NCBI GenBank assembly: GCA_035634255.1
Contig: DASQDI010000034.1
Span: forward strand, 32,509 to 96,508
DNA: 64,000 nucleotides
Reading direction: 5' to 3'
Source: Blastocatellia bacterium
GTDB taxonomy: Bacteria > Acidobacteriota > Blastocatellia > UBA7656
This document shows positions 56,117 through 64,000 of the stretch, in pieces. Below the pieces are notes generated by a model that saw nothing but the letters and a program-made list of their open reading frames with translations, did not search any database and was not told the DNA's origin. Positions within the stretch are counted from its first letter, which is position 1. Each line of letters opens with the position of its first letter. The position numbers and the translations under genes are program-made.

Positions 56117-56554
56117 ATGCTTCAAGTAGGAGACCCCGCGCCGGATTTCACGGCGCGCGCGCACACCGGCGAGGACGTGAGCCTCAGGGACCTGCGCGGA
56201 AAGAACGTAGTGCTGTGGTTCTACCCGAAGGCCGACACGCCGGGCTGTACGGCGGAAGGGTGCGGATTCAGAGATCGGATCGAGAGTTATTCGGGTAAAA
56301 ACGTCGAGATACTCGGCGTCAGCTTCGACACCGAGGAGGAGAACCGGGCCTTCGCCGAAAAATTCAATTTCCCTTACCGCCTGCTCTGCGACACCGACCG
56401 GAAGGTAGGCGTGGCCTATGGCGCTGCCGACGACCCGTCGGCCCAGTACGCGCGCCGCATCACGTACGTGATCGACCCCGAGGGCCGCATCTCTAAAGCG
56501 GTCGGGCAGGTCAACGCGCGCGAGCACCCGGAGCAGCTCCTTGGAGAGCTTTAA
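56117..56554 (+). CDS. bcp: Peroxiredoxin Bcp (thiol peroxidase, bacterioferritin comigratory protein)
   Basis: VGDPAPDFTA...GKNVVLWFYPKADTPGCTAEGCGFRD carries the conserved peroxidatic Cys in T-P-G-C-T and the resolving Cys five residues later. Confidence 0.9.
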   Translation: MLQVGDPAPDFTARAHTGEDVSLRDLRGKNVVLWFYPKADTPGCTAEGCGFRDRIESYSGKNVEILGVSFDTEEENRAFAEKFNFPYRLLCDTDRKVGVAYGAADDPSAQYARRITYVIDPEGRISKAVGQVNAREHPEQLLGEL

Positions 56555-56593
56555 CCCGCCGCGAGGCCATCGCGGTCACTGTTGAGGTCACTG

Positions 56594-57223
56594 ATGAACA
56601 GGTCGCCGGGCAGCCCAACAATATTATTCGCGCTCGTCTCGATCCTCGTAGTCGCGGCGGCGTGTCACAGCGTAGACCGCCCGGACGCCGCGTCCGTCGG
56701 GGGGGGCAACTCCAACGCGGCCGGGGGGAACAGGAACGAGGCTGTTACGAATCCGAGCGGCGCGCCGGGAGCCACGCCGGAAGAAGATTTTAAGGGCACG
56801 GCCGGCATCGTCGAAAAACGGAAGCCGGGACAATCACTCGGCGTGCTCAAAGCAGTACGCACCGCCTCCCACCCGAATTTCGACCGCGTCGTGTTCGAGT
56901 TTGAAGGCGACGCGGTCCCCGGCTACAAGCTCGAATACGTCGATAAGCCCGTGCGCCAGTGCGGGTCGGGCGAGGCGGTCGCGGTCGAAGGGGACGGCTG
57001 GCTCAACGTGACATTCACCCCCGCGCAGGCCCACACGGAGGCGGGTCAGGCGACCGTCGAAGACCGCGAGCGGCGTCTGAATCTCAAGATCCTGAAAGAG
57101 CTTGAGTCCATCTGCGACTTCGAAGGAGAAGTCGCTTGGGTCCTTGGGGTCTCATCCCCCAACGTCTACCGAGTCCTGGAGCTCGCGGGCCCCGCGCGCC
57201 TCGTCGTCGATATAAAACACTGA
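56594..57223 (+). CDS. Hypothetical secreted/lipoprotein (ORF track start 56582)
   Basis: MNRSPGSPTILFALVSILVVAAAC has a signal peptide with a lipobox-like AAAC. No known domain recognised. Confidence 0.5.
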   Translation: MNRSPGSPTILFALVSILVVAAACHSVDRPDAASVGGGNSNAAGGNRNEAVTNPSGAPGATPEEDFKGTAGIVEKRKPGQSLGVLKAVRTASHPNFDRVVFEFEGDAVPGYKLEYVDKPVRQCGSGEAVAVEGDGWLNVTFTPAQAHTEAGQATVEDRERRLNLKILKELESICDFEGEVAWVLGVSSPNVYRVLELAGPARLVVDIKH

Positions 57224-57304
57224 CGGGCCATAAGCTAATGAGCCATAAGAAAAGAGGCGGCACAGGTGGCCGCCTCTCATCATTCCCGACCAGTATCGAT
57301 ACTA

Positions 57305-60300
57305 TTACTGATCGTCTTCGTCGTTGTTGGTAGGCTGCGGGCGGGCGGGCTGCGGGTGCCCTACCCCAAGGTTGTCGTAATTCAAAGCGGCGTTGAAGAG
57401 CAGGAAGAAGGCCCCCTGCGTCTGGTGCCGCCACATCGGGTTAGTCGCGAACATCACGACGTGACCGCGCCCGACGGGCACGTCTATGACCGCAGGCTTT
57501 CCGGCCAGCTCCGCCCCGCCGGCGAGCATGCCGCTCACGAGCAGGTTCTTCTCATCCGAAGCGAAGCGCAGCACCACGCGCGGCCTCATCGCCGGGGGAG
57601 TCAGGTACGGCCCGAGCGCCTGACGCATATCTTCGGTCAGTCCGTCCCGCATCGGCTGCGGCTGGCGCGGGCCGGGAAGAGGCATGCCCTGAATGATGTC
57701 GGGGTCGTTGACCCCCCCGCGCCCGGACGCGCGGCCCTCGACTCCGCCGCCGCCGCCTGCACCGCCCCCGCCCCCGCCGCCAGCGCCGGGCTGCGCGCTA
57801 ACCTGAAACAGAGGGGCCTGGCTGAAATATATCTGGAGCGAATCGCCGTAGCCGTACGCGATGGGGCTCTTGCGGTCCGCGAACGTGGCGTTGAATATCG
57901 AGCCTCGCGCCTGCAACTGCCTCGGCTCCTGGATCGAGACGCCTGAAGTGATGCCATAATCTATCGGGATGTTCGAGATCGAGGTGATCGGGACGAACAG
58001 CCCGCCTTCTTCGACGAACCTTTGCAGGTTCGCGACCCCCCGAAGGCCCATGCCGCCGCGCATGTCGTCGGTCTCGTCGGGGGACGAGCCGAAGTTGGGC
58101 GTGATGGCCGACTTCTTCCAGGGGATCGGGTCACCGGTTTTCGGTATCCCATTCACTATGGTCTGGGCCGAGCCGCCGACGGGCGGGAAGATGATAACGT
58201 CGTACTTATCGCGCAGCCTTTCGGTGTCTCGCACGACGTGCTCGGAGATGTAGGAGTAAGGTATCTGCAAGCGGTCGAACTCTATTCGGAACCAGCCCTC
58301 GTTCTGAGTGTTGGTCCACGTGTGGAGTATCGCTATGCGCGGCACGGAAATCTCGTGCGTCGGGACCTCAGGCAGTCTCTCGACCGCCACGGCCGTGAGC
58401 CCGAGCTCCGACACCACGGGCTCAAGCCGCTGGCGGAGGTTCGCGCCGTTCCCCTGGGCCTTGATTATGAAAGAGCCCGCGTTGAAATTCCGGCCCCCCT
58501 CCTTGAACCCTTCCTCCGCCGCGCTCATGCGAACGTCCTTCAGCTTGAAGCGGAGCGTGGCGAGCGTGTTGTCCGTGTTGTGATTGATGATGTAACCGGC
58601 CGCATTCGCCGGGCCCTGTATCCGGCCCTTCACCACTTCGTCGCTCGTGAGCAGGGTCATCGGCTGGCCGAGCACGCTCGCGTCGGTCACGCGGACGGTC
58701 CTGATGTTGCGCAACGCGCCCAGAGTCCACCCCGTATCGTCGTAAGGGCGCGGGTCGCTCACGTTGTAATACTGCGTGTCCATAAGCATGTCGGCCATAC
58801 GCGAGTAGGGCTGGTCCATGCGCACGACGTAAGAGCCGGGGGGGAATTTCTGGTCCTTGACCGTCAGCTCGCCCGCCGCTTTGTGGACTTCGACCCCCAT
58901 CAGCCTGAGCAGGTTCACCGTGTCCGCGGCCTCGACCGGGCGCGGGGTGTCGCCCGGAATGACGTAGGCCGCCGGGCCTTCGTTCCTGGCTTTCGCCACC
59001 GAGCGCTTGCTCTTCAAATAGAAATTATTCAGGAACCGCTCCTTGCTGTTAGCGACCATGTTCATCGCGAAGAGGATGCCGGACTGCTGGAGGTTCACGT
59101 TGTTCCTGAGCGACCACTTCACGCGCGAGTGCGGGGGGTTCGGCCTGAACCACGCGCGTTGCGACTGCGCGCCCACCTGCCGCTCGCGGGTGTCGGCCCC
59201 GCCGTTGCCGAACGTCTCGTAGAAGCGCCCAATCGAGTTGTGCCCGTTCGCCACGTAAAACATGTAGTTCGGGGCCCAGCCGTCGTAGAAGCCGTGCGTC
59301 CACACGCCCGGGACGTCGCGCTTGGTCATCTCCTCGATCTCGTGGTACGCCAGCAGGTGCCACTCGTCTATCACTATCGGGTCGAGCCAGGCGTTGTAAG
59401 GGCCGGTGCCGGTGGAGGTGTAGAGGAACGGGACCGACTCGTGCAGGTCGTGGAGTACCTGCGGGTGGTAGTCGAGAAACGTCTTCATCATGTTGCGCGT
59501 GAGCGCGAGCGCCATCCCCAGCCCGTCGCGGTTGTTGTCGTGCGCGACGTACTTGCCCCAGTAGAGCAGCGACGGGGGGGCGTTCCTGTTAGGGTTCGCC
59601 TTGCGGTAGTTGTACAGGTCCACCATGCGGTCGCGCCCGTCCACTTCCAGAGTCGGGGTGATCATCACGATCACGTTCTTCCTGATCGACTCGATGAAGG
59701 GCGAGTCCTCGACCGCGAGGCGGTAGGCCAGCTCCATCAACATCTCCGGCGAGCCCGTCTCCGGTGAATGGATCGCCCCGCTCGCCCAGTAAAACGCCTT
59801 GCCTTCCCCGATCAGTTGCTTCGCCTCGGCGTCGTTCGTCCTGCGGGGGTCGGCGAGCCGGGCGGTAATCTCCTTGTAGCGGTCGAGCTTCGCGATGTTG
59901 GCCTCGTCGCTTACGACCACGAGGAGCTGCTCTCGGCCCTCCTCCGATTTTTCGGGGGCCGTGAAGACGCGCACGCGCGGGCTGGCCTTTTCGAGCTCGC
60001 GGTAATACCGGTTCATGTCCTTCGTGTAGGTGAGCTTATCCGGGGTGCCCGCGATGTAGCCCAGCACCTTGTCCGGCGACGGCACCTTGTCCGAGGCGGG
60101 GAGGTGGTCCACCAGCTCGGTTAAAAAATACTTCTCGGTCGTGTACTCCCTGATCTTCGCCGTGTAATTCTCGTCGATGCGGGAGGCGGGCGCGGCCTGT
60201 GGGCCGCTTTTCCGGGCGGCTTTCGCGGCCCTCTTAGGGTCCGCCGCGAGCCCGGTCGCCGTCAGTAAGGTGAGCAGCATTGCGCATGCAGTCGCGAGCG

Positions 60301-60403
60301 CGCACGTCTGCCTGATCGCAAGCAAGCGTCCTCGTTTCATTATCTCCTCCATTATGATTAGCGGGCAGTCATCGGCATTCGGCTTTCGCCTGCGATTCGG
60401 CAA
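57305..60403 (-). CDS. Secreted peptidase M14 (zinc carboxypeptidase)-family protein with long C-terminal extension and Gly-rich segment
   Basis: Probable true start MKRGRLL... (about 60337), with a signal peptide. M14 motifs: AIHSPETGSPEMLMELAYRL (HxxE zinc ligands), TPTLEVDGRDR (NPDG-like), YVAHDNNRDG (DLNRNF-like), VLHDLHESVPFLY (second His ligand region). C-terminal ...AQPGAGGGGGGGAGGGGG... Confidence 0.65.
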   Translation of the reverse strand: MPNRRRKPNADDCPLIIMEEIMKRGRLLAIRQTCALATACAMLLTLLTATGLAADPKRAAKAARKSGPQAAPASRIDENYTAKIREYTTEKYFLTELVDHLPASDKVPSPDKVLGYIAGTPDKLTYTKDMNRYYRELEKASPRVRVFTAPEKSEEGREQLLVVVSDEANIAKLDRYKEITARLADPRRTNDAEAKQLIGEGKAFYWASGAIHSPETGSPEMLMELAYRLAVEDSPFIESIRKNVIVMITPTLEVDGRDRMVDLYNYRKANPNRNAPPSLLYWGKYVAHDNNRDGLGMALALTRNMMKTFLDYHPQVLHDLHESVPFLYTSTGTGPYNAWLDPIVIDEWHLLAYHEIEEMTKRDVPGVWTHGFYDGWAPNYMFYVANGHNSIGRFYETFGNGGADTRERQVGAQSQRAWFRPNPPHSRVKWSLRNNVNLQQSGILFAMNMVANSKERFLNNFYLKSKRSVAKARNEGPAAYVIPGDTPRPVEAADTVNLLRLMGVEVHKAAGELTVKDQKFPPGSYVVRMDQPYSRMADMLMDTQYYNVSDPRPYDDTGWTLGALRNIRTVRVTDASVLGQPMTLLTSDEVVKGRIQGPANAAGYIINHNTDNTLATLRFKLKDVRMSAAEEGFKEGGRNFNAGSFIIKAQGNGANLRQRLEPVVSELGLTAVAVERLPEVPTHEISVPRIAILHTWTNTQNEGWFRIEFDRLQIPYSYISEHVVRDTERLRDKYDVIIFPPVGGSAQTIVNGIPKTGDPIPWKKSAITPNFGSSPDETDDMRGGMGLRGVANLQRFVEEGGLFVPITSISNIPIDYGITSGVSIQEPRQLQARGSIFNATFADRKSPIAYGYGDSLQIYFSQAPLFQVSAQPGAGGGGGGGAGGGGGVEGRASGRGGVNDPDIIQGMPLPGPRQPQPMRDGLTEDMRQALGPYLTPPAMRPRVVLRFASDEKNLLVSGMLAGGAELAGKPAVIDVPVGRGHVVMFATNPMWRHQTQGAFFLLFNAALNYDNLGVGHPQPARPQPTNNDEDDQ

Positions 60404-60649
60404 ACCTGCCCCCGGTGCGGGCTCACGGGGTAAAGAACCGTTGCGGAGTTTCCGGCTGATTGCTGAGCGCTGATAACTGAATGTTTATAGAAGCTGGCAG
60501 AGCGTGCTCATGTCCGCGCCAGTGGAAGCACAGCCATGAGCGCGCCCGCCTGTGGGTTAAGACTGAATAATCCTCCCGACGGTTACAAATTTTTTCTCTT
60601 TTTTCCTCCGGCTTCAGTTTCGCTCCCCGCCCGGCCCGCCCGCGCCAAC

Positions 60650-60677
60650 ATTGACAGGCCGGGCGTAAATTGTATAA
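60650..60677 (+). promoter_or_regulatory. Near-consensus sigma70-type promoter (TTGACA-16 nt-TATAAT), ~150 nt upstream of rpsU
   Basis: ttgaca at 60650-60655 and tataat at 60672-60677, read directly. Downstream leader contains the hairpin gggaagg-accgaggggttcgc-ccttccc. Confidence 0.6.
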
Positions 60678-60827
60678 TCTATCCGCTTTGGAGATGAGCC
60701 GGTTCGGGGCTCTGTGGGAAGGACCGAGGGGTTCGCCCTTCCCCTCTCCGGGAATTTCAAAGGTTTCCAGATCAGGCATGAGCGGGCGGCGGCTCGATAA
60801 CCGCCGGTAATTTAACGGAGGTCTTAA

Positions 60828-61031
60828 GTGGCAAGAGTACAGGTTCATGACAATGAGAACATCGAGAGCGCGATAAGGCGCTTCAAGCGGCAGGTGGCCC
60901 GCGAAGGAATCATCACCGATACCAAGAAGCACGCATTCTATCTGAAGCCCGGCGAGCGCCGCCGCCTCAAATCACAGGTGGCCCGGCGGCGAGCCAGAAA
61001 GAACCTCAGGAAGCGCGTAACGGAAGATTAA
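60828..61031 (+). CDS. rpsU: 30S ribosomal protein bS21
   Basis: GTG start with ggagg SD. MARVQVHDNENIESAIRRFKRQVAREGIITDTKKHAFYLKPGERRRLK... matches the S21 consensus (M..V.V..NE....ALRRFKR....G.......R..YEKP...RKR). Confidence 0.9.
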   Translation: MARVQVHDNENIESAIRRFKRQVAREGIITDTKKHAFYLKPGERRRLKSQVARRRARKNLRKRVTED

Positions 61032-61143
61032 TTCGTACGCCCCCCCGCACATTCAATCCGCGCTTTGCAGGATGCTGAATGCCCCGATTCCCCGCGCCGG
61101 ACCGAGCCGGCCGGTACGGTGACATCCGGCATTTGAAGTCTGT

Positions 61144-61947
61144 TCAAGAGGGATCGGGAGCCGCCTTCAACCTCTGAAGGCTCTCCTGCATCTGCGTCCG
61201 AGGCTCCTCTTCTTTCTCGTTCGTCACCGCGTCATTGAGCGCGGGCACCGCCCGCTTGTCGCCGCTGTCGGCGAGCGAGATCGCGGCCGCCACCCTCACC
61301 AGCCTGCTCTCGTCCCTGAGCCCCTGAATCAAAGGATCGACCCCGCGCTTGTCGCGCAGGGCGCCGAGCGCCGTGGCCGCGGCGGAGCGCACGTCCGGGG
61401 ACTCGTCTTTCATCACCCGGATCAGCTCCGGGAGTGCGCGCTCGTCCTTGAGCGAGCCGAGCCCGAACGCCGCGGCGGCGCGCACGCTCGCCTGCCCGTC
61501 CCGGAGGGAGGCCAGAAGCGGCTCGACCGCGCTCGCGTCCGCGAGTTGGCCGAGCACCCTCGCCGCAGCCCCCCGCACGAAAGCCGTCCCGTCTTTCAAC
61601 AGGGCGATGAGCGGCTCGACCGCGCGCTTGTCCCCGATGAATCCGAGCGCATCGACGCAGGCGGCGCGAACTTCAGGGTCCTTATCGTTCAGGACTTCGA
61701 GGAGAGGGGCGACCGCGCGCGCGTCTTCGAGGTAGCCGAGCTGCTCGGCGGCTTCGCGCCTTTCGGAGGCGGATTGGCTCTTCAGCCTCGACGCCAGCTT
61801 CGTCAGCTCGTCCGGCCTGTCGCGCCCCGACGCCGAGCCCGATTGGAGAATGAACGCGCGCGGAGCGGCGTAAGGTTGAAGTGGGGAGAGGCAGGCTCCC
61901 GCCTGCAAGCCGAAGACGAGCGCGGACGTTAAGAGTATAAGGCCCAT
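61144..61947 (-). CDS. HEAT-repeat (PBS-lyase-type) protein with signal peptide
   Basis: Repeated ...R..AA.ALG.LGD.RAV.PL...L.D....VR..AA.ALG... units occur about 6 times. N-terminus MGLILLTSALVFGLQAGA. Confidence 0.7.
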   Translation of the reverse strand: MGLILLTSALVFGLQAGACLSPLQPYAAPRAFILQSGSASGRDRPDELTKLASRLKSQSASERREAAEQLGYLEDARAVAPLLEVLNDKDPEVRAACVDALGFIGDKRAVEPLIALLKDGTAFVRGAAARVLGQLADASAVEPLLASLRDGQASVRAAAAFGLGSLKDERALPELIRVMKDESPDVRSAAATALGALRDKRGVDPLIQGLRDESRLVRVAAAISLADSGDKRAVPALNDAVTNEKEEEPRTQMQESLQRLKAAPDPS

Positions 61948-61954
61948 TTTCGAG

Positions 61955-63130
61955 TTAGATCAGTTCCCGCAAAAAGCTGCGGCCCGCCCGCAATCTGACC
62001 CCGAAATTTTCCGCCACGGTCTGCCCGATGTCCGCGAGCGACGAGCGGGTGCCGAGGTCGACTCCGGGCCGCGCCCGCGCGCCCCAGGCGAGCACCGGCA
62101 CGTACTCCCGCGTGTGATCGGTCGAGACGTCGCCCGGATCGCACCCGTGGTCGGCCGAGATGATGAGAAGGTCGTCCTCTCTCATCGCCCCCTGAATCTC
62201 CGGCAGGCGCGAGTCGAATTCTTCGAGCGCGCGCGCGTACCCCTCCACGTCGTTGCGGTGCCCGTAGAGCATATCGAAATCGACCAGGTTCGTGAAGATC
62301 AGCCCGCGGGGAGTCTGCGCGAGCGCGCGGAGCGTCTGGTCCACGCTCGCGTTATTGTTCCCCGCCTTCAGCTCTTCGGTCGTGCCGCGGTGACAGAAGA
62401 TCGAGCCGATCTTCCCGACGGCGGCGACCGCGAGGTTGTTCGACTTCAGCTTGTCGAGGAGGCTCTCTTCGGGCGGGTCGATGGCGTAATCGTGGCGGTT
62501 CTCCGTGCGGCGGAAGTCCCCCGGCTCGCCGACGAACGGCCGCGCGATGACGCGGCCGACGAGGTCTTCGCCCGTGAGCAGCTCGCGGGCCAGCTCGCAC
62601 CATTTATAAAGCTGCTCAAGCGGCACGACGCTCTCGTGAGCGGCGATCTGAAAGACGCTGTCGGCGGAAGTGTAAACGATGGGCCGCCCCGTCTCGACGT
62701 GCTCGGCCCCGAGTTCCTTTATGATCTCGGTGCCGGAAGCGGGCTTGTTGCCCAGAACCTTGCGGCCCACGGCGCGCTCGAACGGCTCGATTACGCGCGG
62801 GGGGAAGCCGTCCGGGTAAGTCGGGAACGGGCGTTCGGTAACGATGCCGCTCATCTCCCAGTGCCCGGTCGTCGTGTCCTTGCCGTGAGACTGGGTCGCC
62901 GCCCGGCCGAACGCGCCCGAAGGGTCCGCGACCGGATCGACCGGCAGAGGCCGGATGTTGGCCAGTCCCATCCCGCGTAAATTCGGTATCCGGACATCGC
63001 GCGAGCCGAGCGCGTGGCCGAGCGTGTCGGCCCCCGCGTCCCCGTAATCCGAGGCGTCGGGCATCTCCCCGATGCCCACGCTGTCGAGCACCACCAGCAC
63101 GACTCTGTTGAACGGGCCAGACTGTGACAT
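61955..63130 (-). CDS. deoB: Phosphopentomutase
   Basis: N-terminus VVLVVLDSVGIGEMPDASDYGDAGADTLGH and C-terminal ...LISADHGCDP... are characteristic of DeoB (alkaline phosphatase superfamily). Confidence 0.85.
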   Translation of the reverse strand: MSQSGPFNRVVLVVLDSVGIGEMPDASDYGDAGADTLGHALGSRDVRIPNLRGMGLANIRPLPVDPVADPSGAFGRAATQSHGKDTTTGHWEMSGIVTERPFPTYPDGFPPRVIEPFERAVGRKVLGNKPASGTEIIKELGAEHVETGRPIVYTSADSVFQIAAHESVVPLEQLYKWCELARELLTGEDLVGRVIARPFVGEPGDFRRTENRHDYAIDPPEESLLDKLKSNNLAVAAVGKIGSIFCHRGTTEELKAGNNNASVDQTLRALAQTPRGLIFTNLVDFDMLYGHRNDVEGYARALEEFDSRLPEIQGAMREDDLLIISADHGCDPGDVSTDHTREYVPVLAWGARARPGVDLGTRSSLADIGQTVAENFGVRLRAGRSFLRELI

Positions 63131-63268
63131 GAATCATTCTCCCCGGAGGGATTCTAAGACTGCGGCGTTCCAAGCACAAGGGGCGGGAAGCGGATTTATA
63201 AAAGGGATTCCGTGCATAGATTTTCGAATCGATAACTCGGGTGCCTGAGGGCGGCCGGGCGACCCGTT

Positions 63269-64000
63269 TCACCTCCGAACGCCTTTCGAGCGCGACCTCT
63301 GTGCCGCCGCTTTGTCGAGCCTGTCGCGCACCAGCTTCGCCACGGCCGCGTACATCTCTTCGAGCGCCGCCCGCCGCTCCGCCGGGTCATCGAATCCGAG
63401 CGCGAAGAGCGTCAGATCATCGAGCCTTCTGCGGTCGGCCCGCCCGACCTCTTCGAATATCGAGAGCACCGGCCTGCGAGCGATCTCGCCGAAAGCGGCC
63501 AGCAGTCGCTTCCTGAAAGGCGCGGGCAATCCGCGCGGGTCGGGGAGCTTTATCTGCTCGGCTACGTTCACGTCGATGTCGGCTATCGCCTGCGCCCCGG
63601 TCATCTGGCGACAGGTCACCTCGGAGTAGTAACGAGCCCAGGTCGAGTTGAGCAGGGCCGCGAGGACCCGCAGCCCAACACGCCCGCGCGGGAAGACCCC
63701 GTAAAGTTTCTTGTCTTCGAACGCGCGCGCGCGATTCACGGCGACGACCCACCGCTCGCCGATCTTGGAAGGAAAGATGAGGGGCGCGGGCTTCATCCCC
63801 CGCGCGACCGCGTACCACTGCTCGCGCGCGGAGCAGGTGGGCCGCAGGTTGTAGCCCGCGCGCTCCCCTTCGAGTATGTAATCGAGCGCGCGCGTGCCTT
63901 TAAGCTCCTCGCGCGGGGCCGCGCAATTGAAGAAGAGCTTCCGCGCTTCCGAGCGCCCGACGTATATGCCGGAGATGTCTTTGAGCGAGAAGATCACGGG
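63269..64000 (-). CDS. 3'-portion of a larger gene truncated by the window edge; putative DNA methyltransferase / type IIG R-M enzyme C-terminal target-recognition (TaqI_C-like) region
   Basis: Frame stays open to nt 64000, so the gene continues beyond the window. LLAALLNSTWARYYSEV... resembles the LLgiLNSkl.nfy. motif of MTase target-recognition domains. Weak assignment. Confidence 0.3.
   Translation of the reverse strand, partial: PVIFSLKDISGIYVGRSEARKLFFNCAAPREELKGTRALDYILEGERAGYNLRPTCSAREQWYAVARGMKPAPLIFPSKIGERWVVAVNRARAFEDKKLYGVFPRGRVGLRVLAALLNSTWARYYSEVTCRQMTGAQAIADIDVNVAEQIKLPDPRGLPAPFRKRLLAAFGEIARRPVLSIFEEVGRADRRRLDDLTLFALGFDDPAERRAALEEMYAAVAKLVRDRLDKAAAQRSRSKGVRR

Noticed and set aside
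58022-59767. 581-aa plus-strand ORF
   Set aside because: Antisense to the M14 peptidase gene, which carries HxxE, NPDG-like and DLNRNF-like motifs on the minus strand. The translation is Arg/Val/His-rich nonsense.
62114-63272. 288-aa plus-strand and 218-aa minus-strand ORFs
   Set aside because: Antisense and alternative frames of deoB, which has the characteristic N-terminal VVLDSVGIGE and C-terminal ADHGCDP motifs.

Overview
High-GC (~65%) chromosomal segment, probably from an Acidobacteria-like soil bacterium; this guess rests on TPR-CHAT and caspase proteins, carboxypeptidase-regulatory-like domains, a DUF11 adhesin and a cyanophycin locus. Composition is ordinary chromosome mixed with accessory-looking loci. 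I can support 44 protein-coding genes, 2 tRNAs (tRNA-Ser GCU, tRNA-Arg CCG), several terminator hairpins, one near-consensus sigma70 promoter (upstream of rpsU) and two coding tandem-repeat arrays. No CRISPR, rRNA, integrase or transposase is visible. Housekeeping and recognisable genes: NDH-2 (ndh), Hsp20, an HtrA-like protease, an amidohydrolase, exonuclease III (xth), cphB-cphA (cyanophycinase and cyanophycin synthetase), bS21 (rpsU), phosphopentomutase (deoB), peroxiredoxin Bcp, two SDRs, a beta-lactamase-fold hydrolase, a HAD hydrolase and an M14 carboxypeptidase-like protein. Most interesting loci: (1) A 17.8-kb minus-strand cluster, 27587-45428, reading ECF sigma -> putative membrane anti-sigma -> three tandem, signal-peptide-bearing PPC/TPR/CHAT proteins (1546, 1670 and 1261 aa) -> a secreted caspase (peptidase C14) protein. 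This looks like an ECF-controlled extracytoplasmic caspase/CHAT protease module of unknown role. (2) A two-gene cytoplasmic pair, 14413-18418: a 792-aa protein with a polylysine N-tail, a CHAT/caspase-like His-Cys dyad and a transglutaminase-like Cys core, followed by a thermolysin-like HExxH...NEAxxD metallopeptidase with no signal peptide. (3) A DUF883 - holin-X-like - DUF3618 - DUF883(STTG-repeat) membrane stress cluster plus small zinc-ribbon/Gly-Arg-tail proteins, 52297-54852. (4) A 5'-truncated giant adhesin (more than 1990 aa) built from twelve near-identical 369-nt DUF11-type repeats. (5) An unannotated 54-aa ORF with a good SD, 51630-51794, below the ORF-track size cut-off. (6) A 3'-edge fragment of a putative DNA methyltransferase/R-M target-recognition domain, 63269-64000. 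All coordinates are taken from or anchored on the supplied ORF track. Family assignments come from motifs read by eye; no searches were run.
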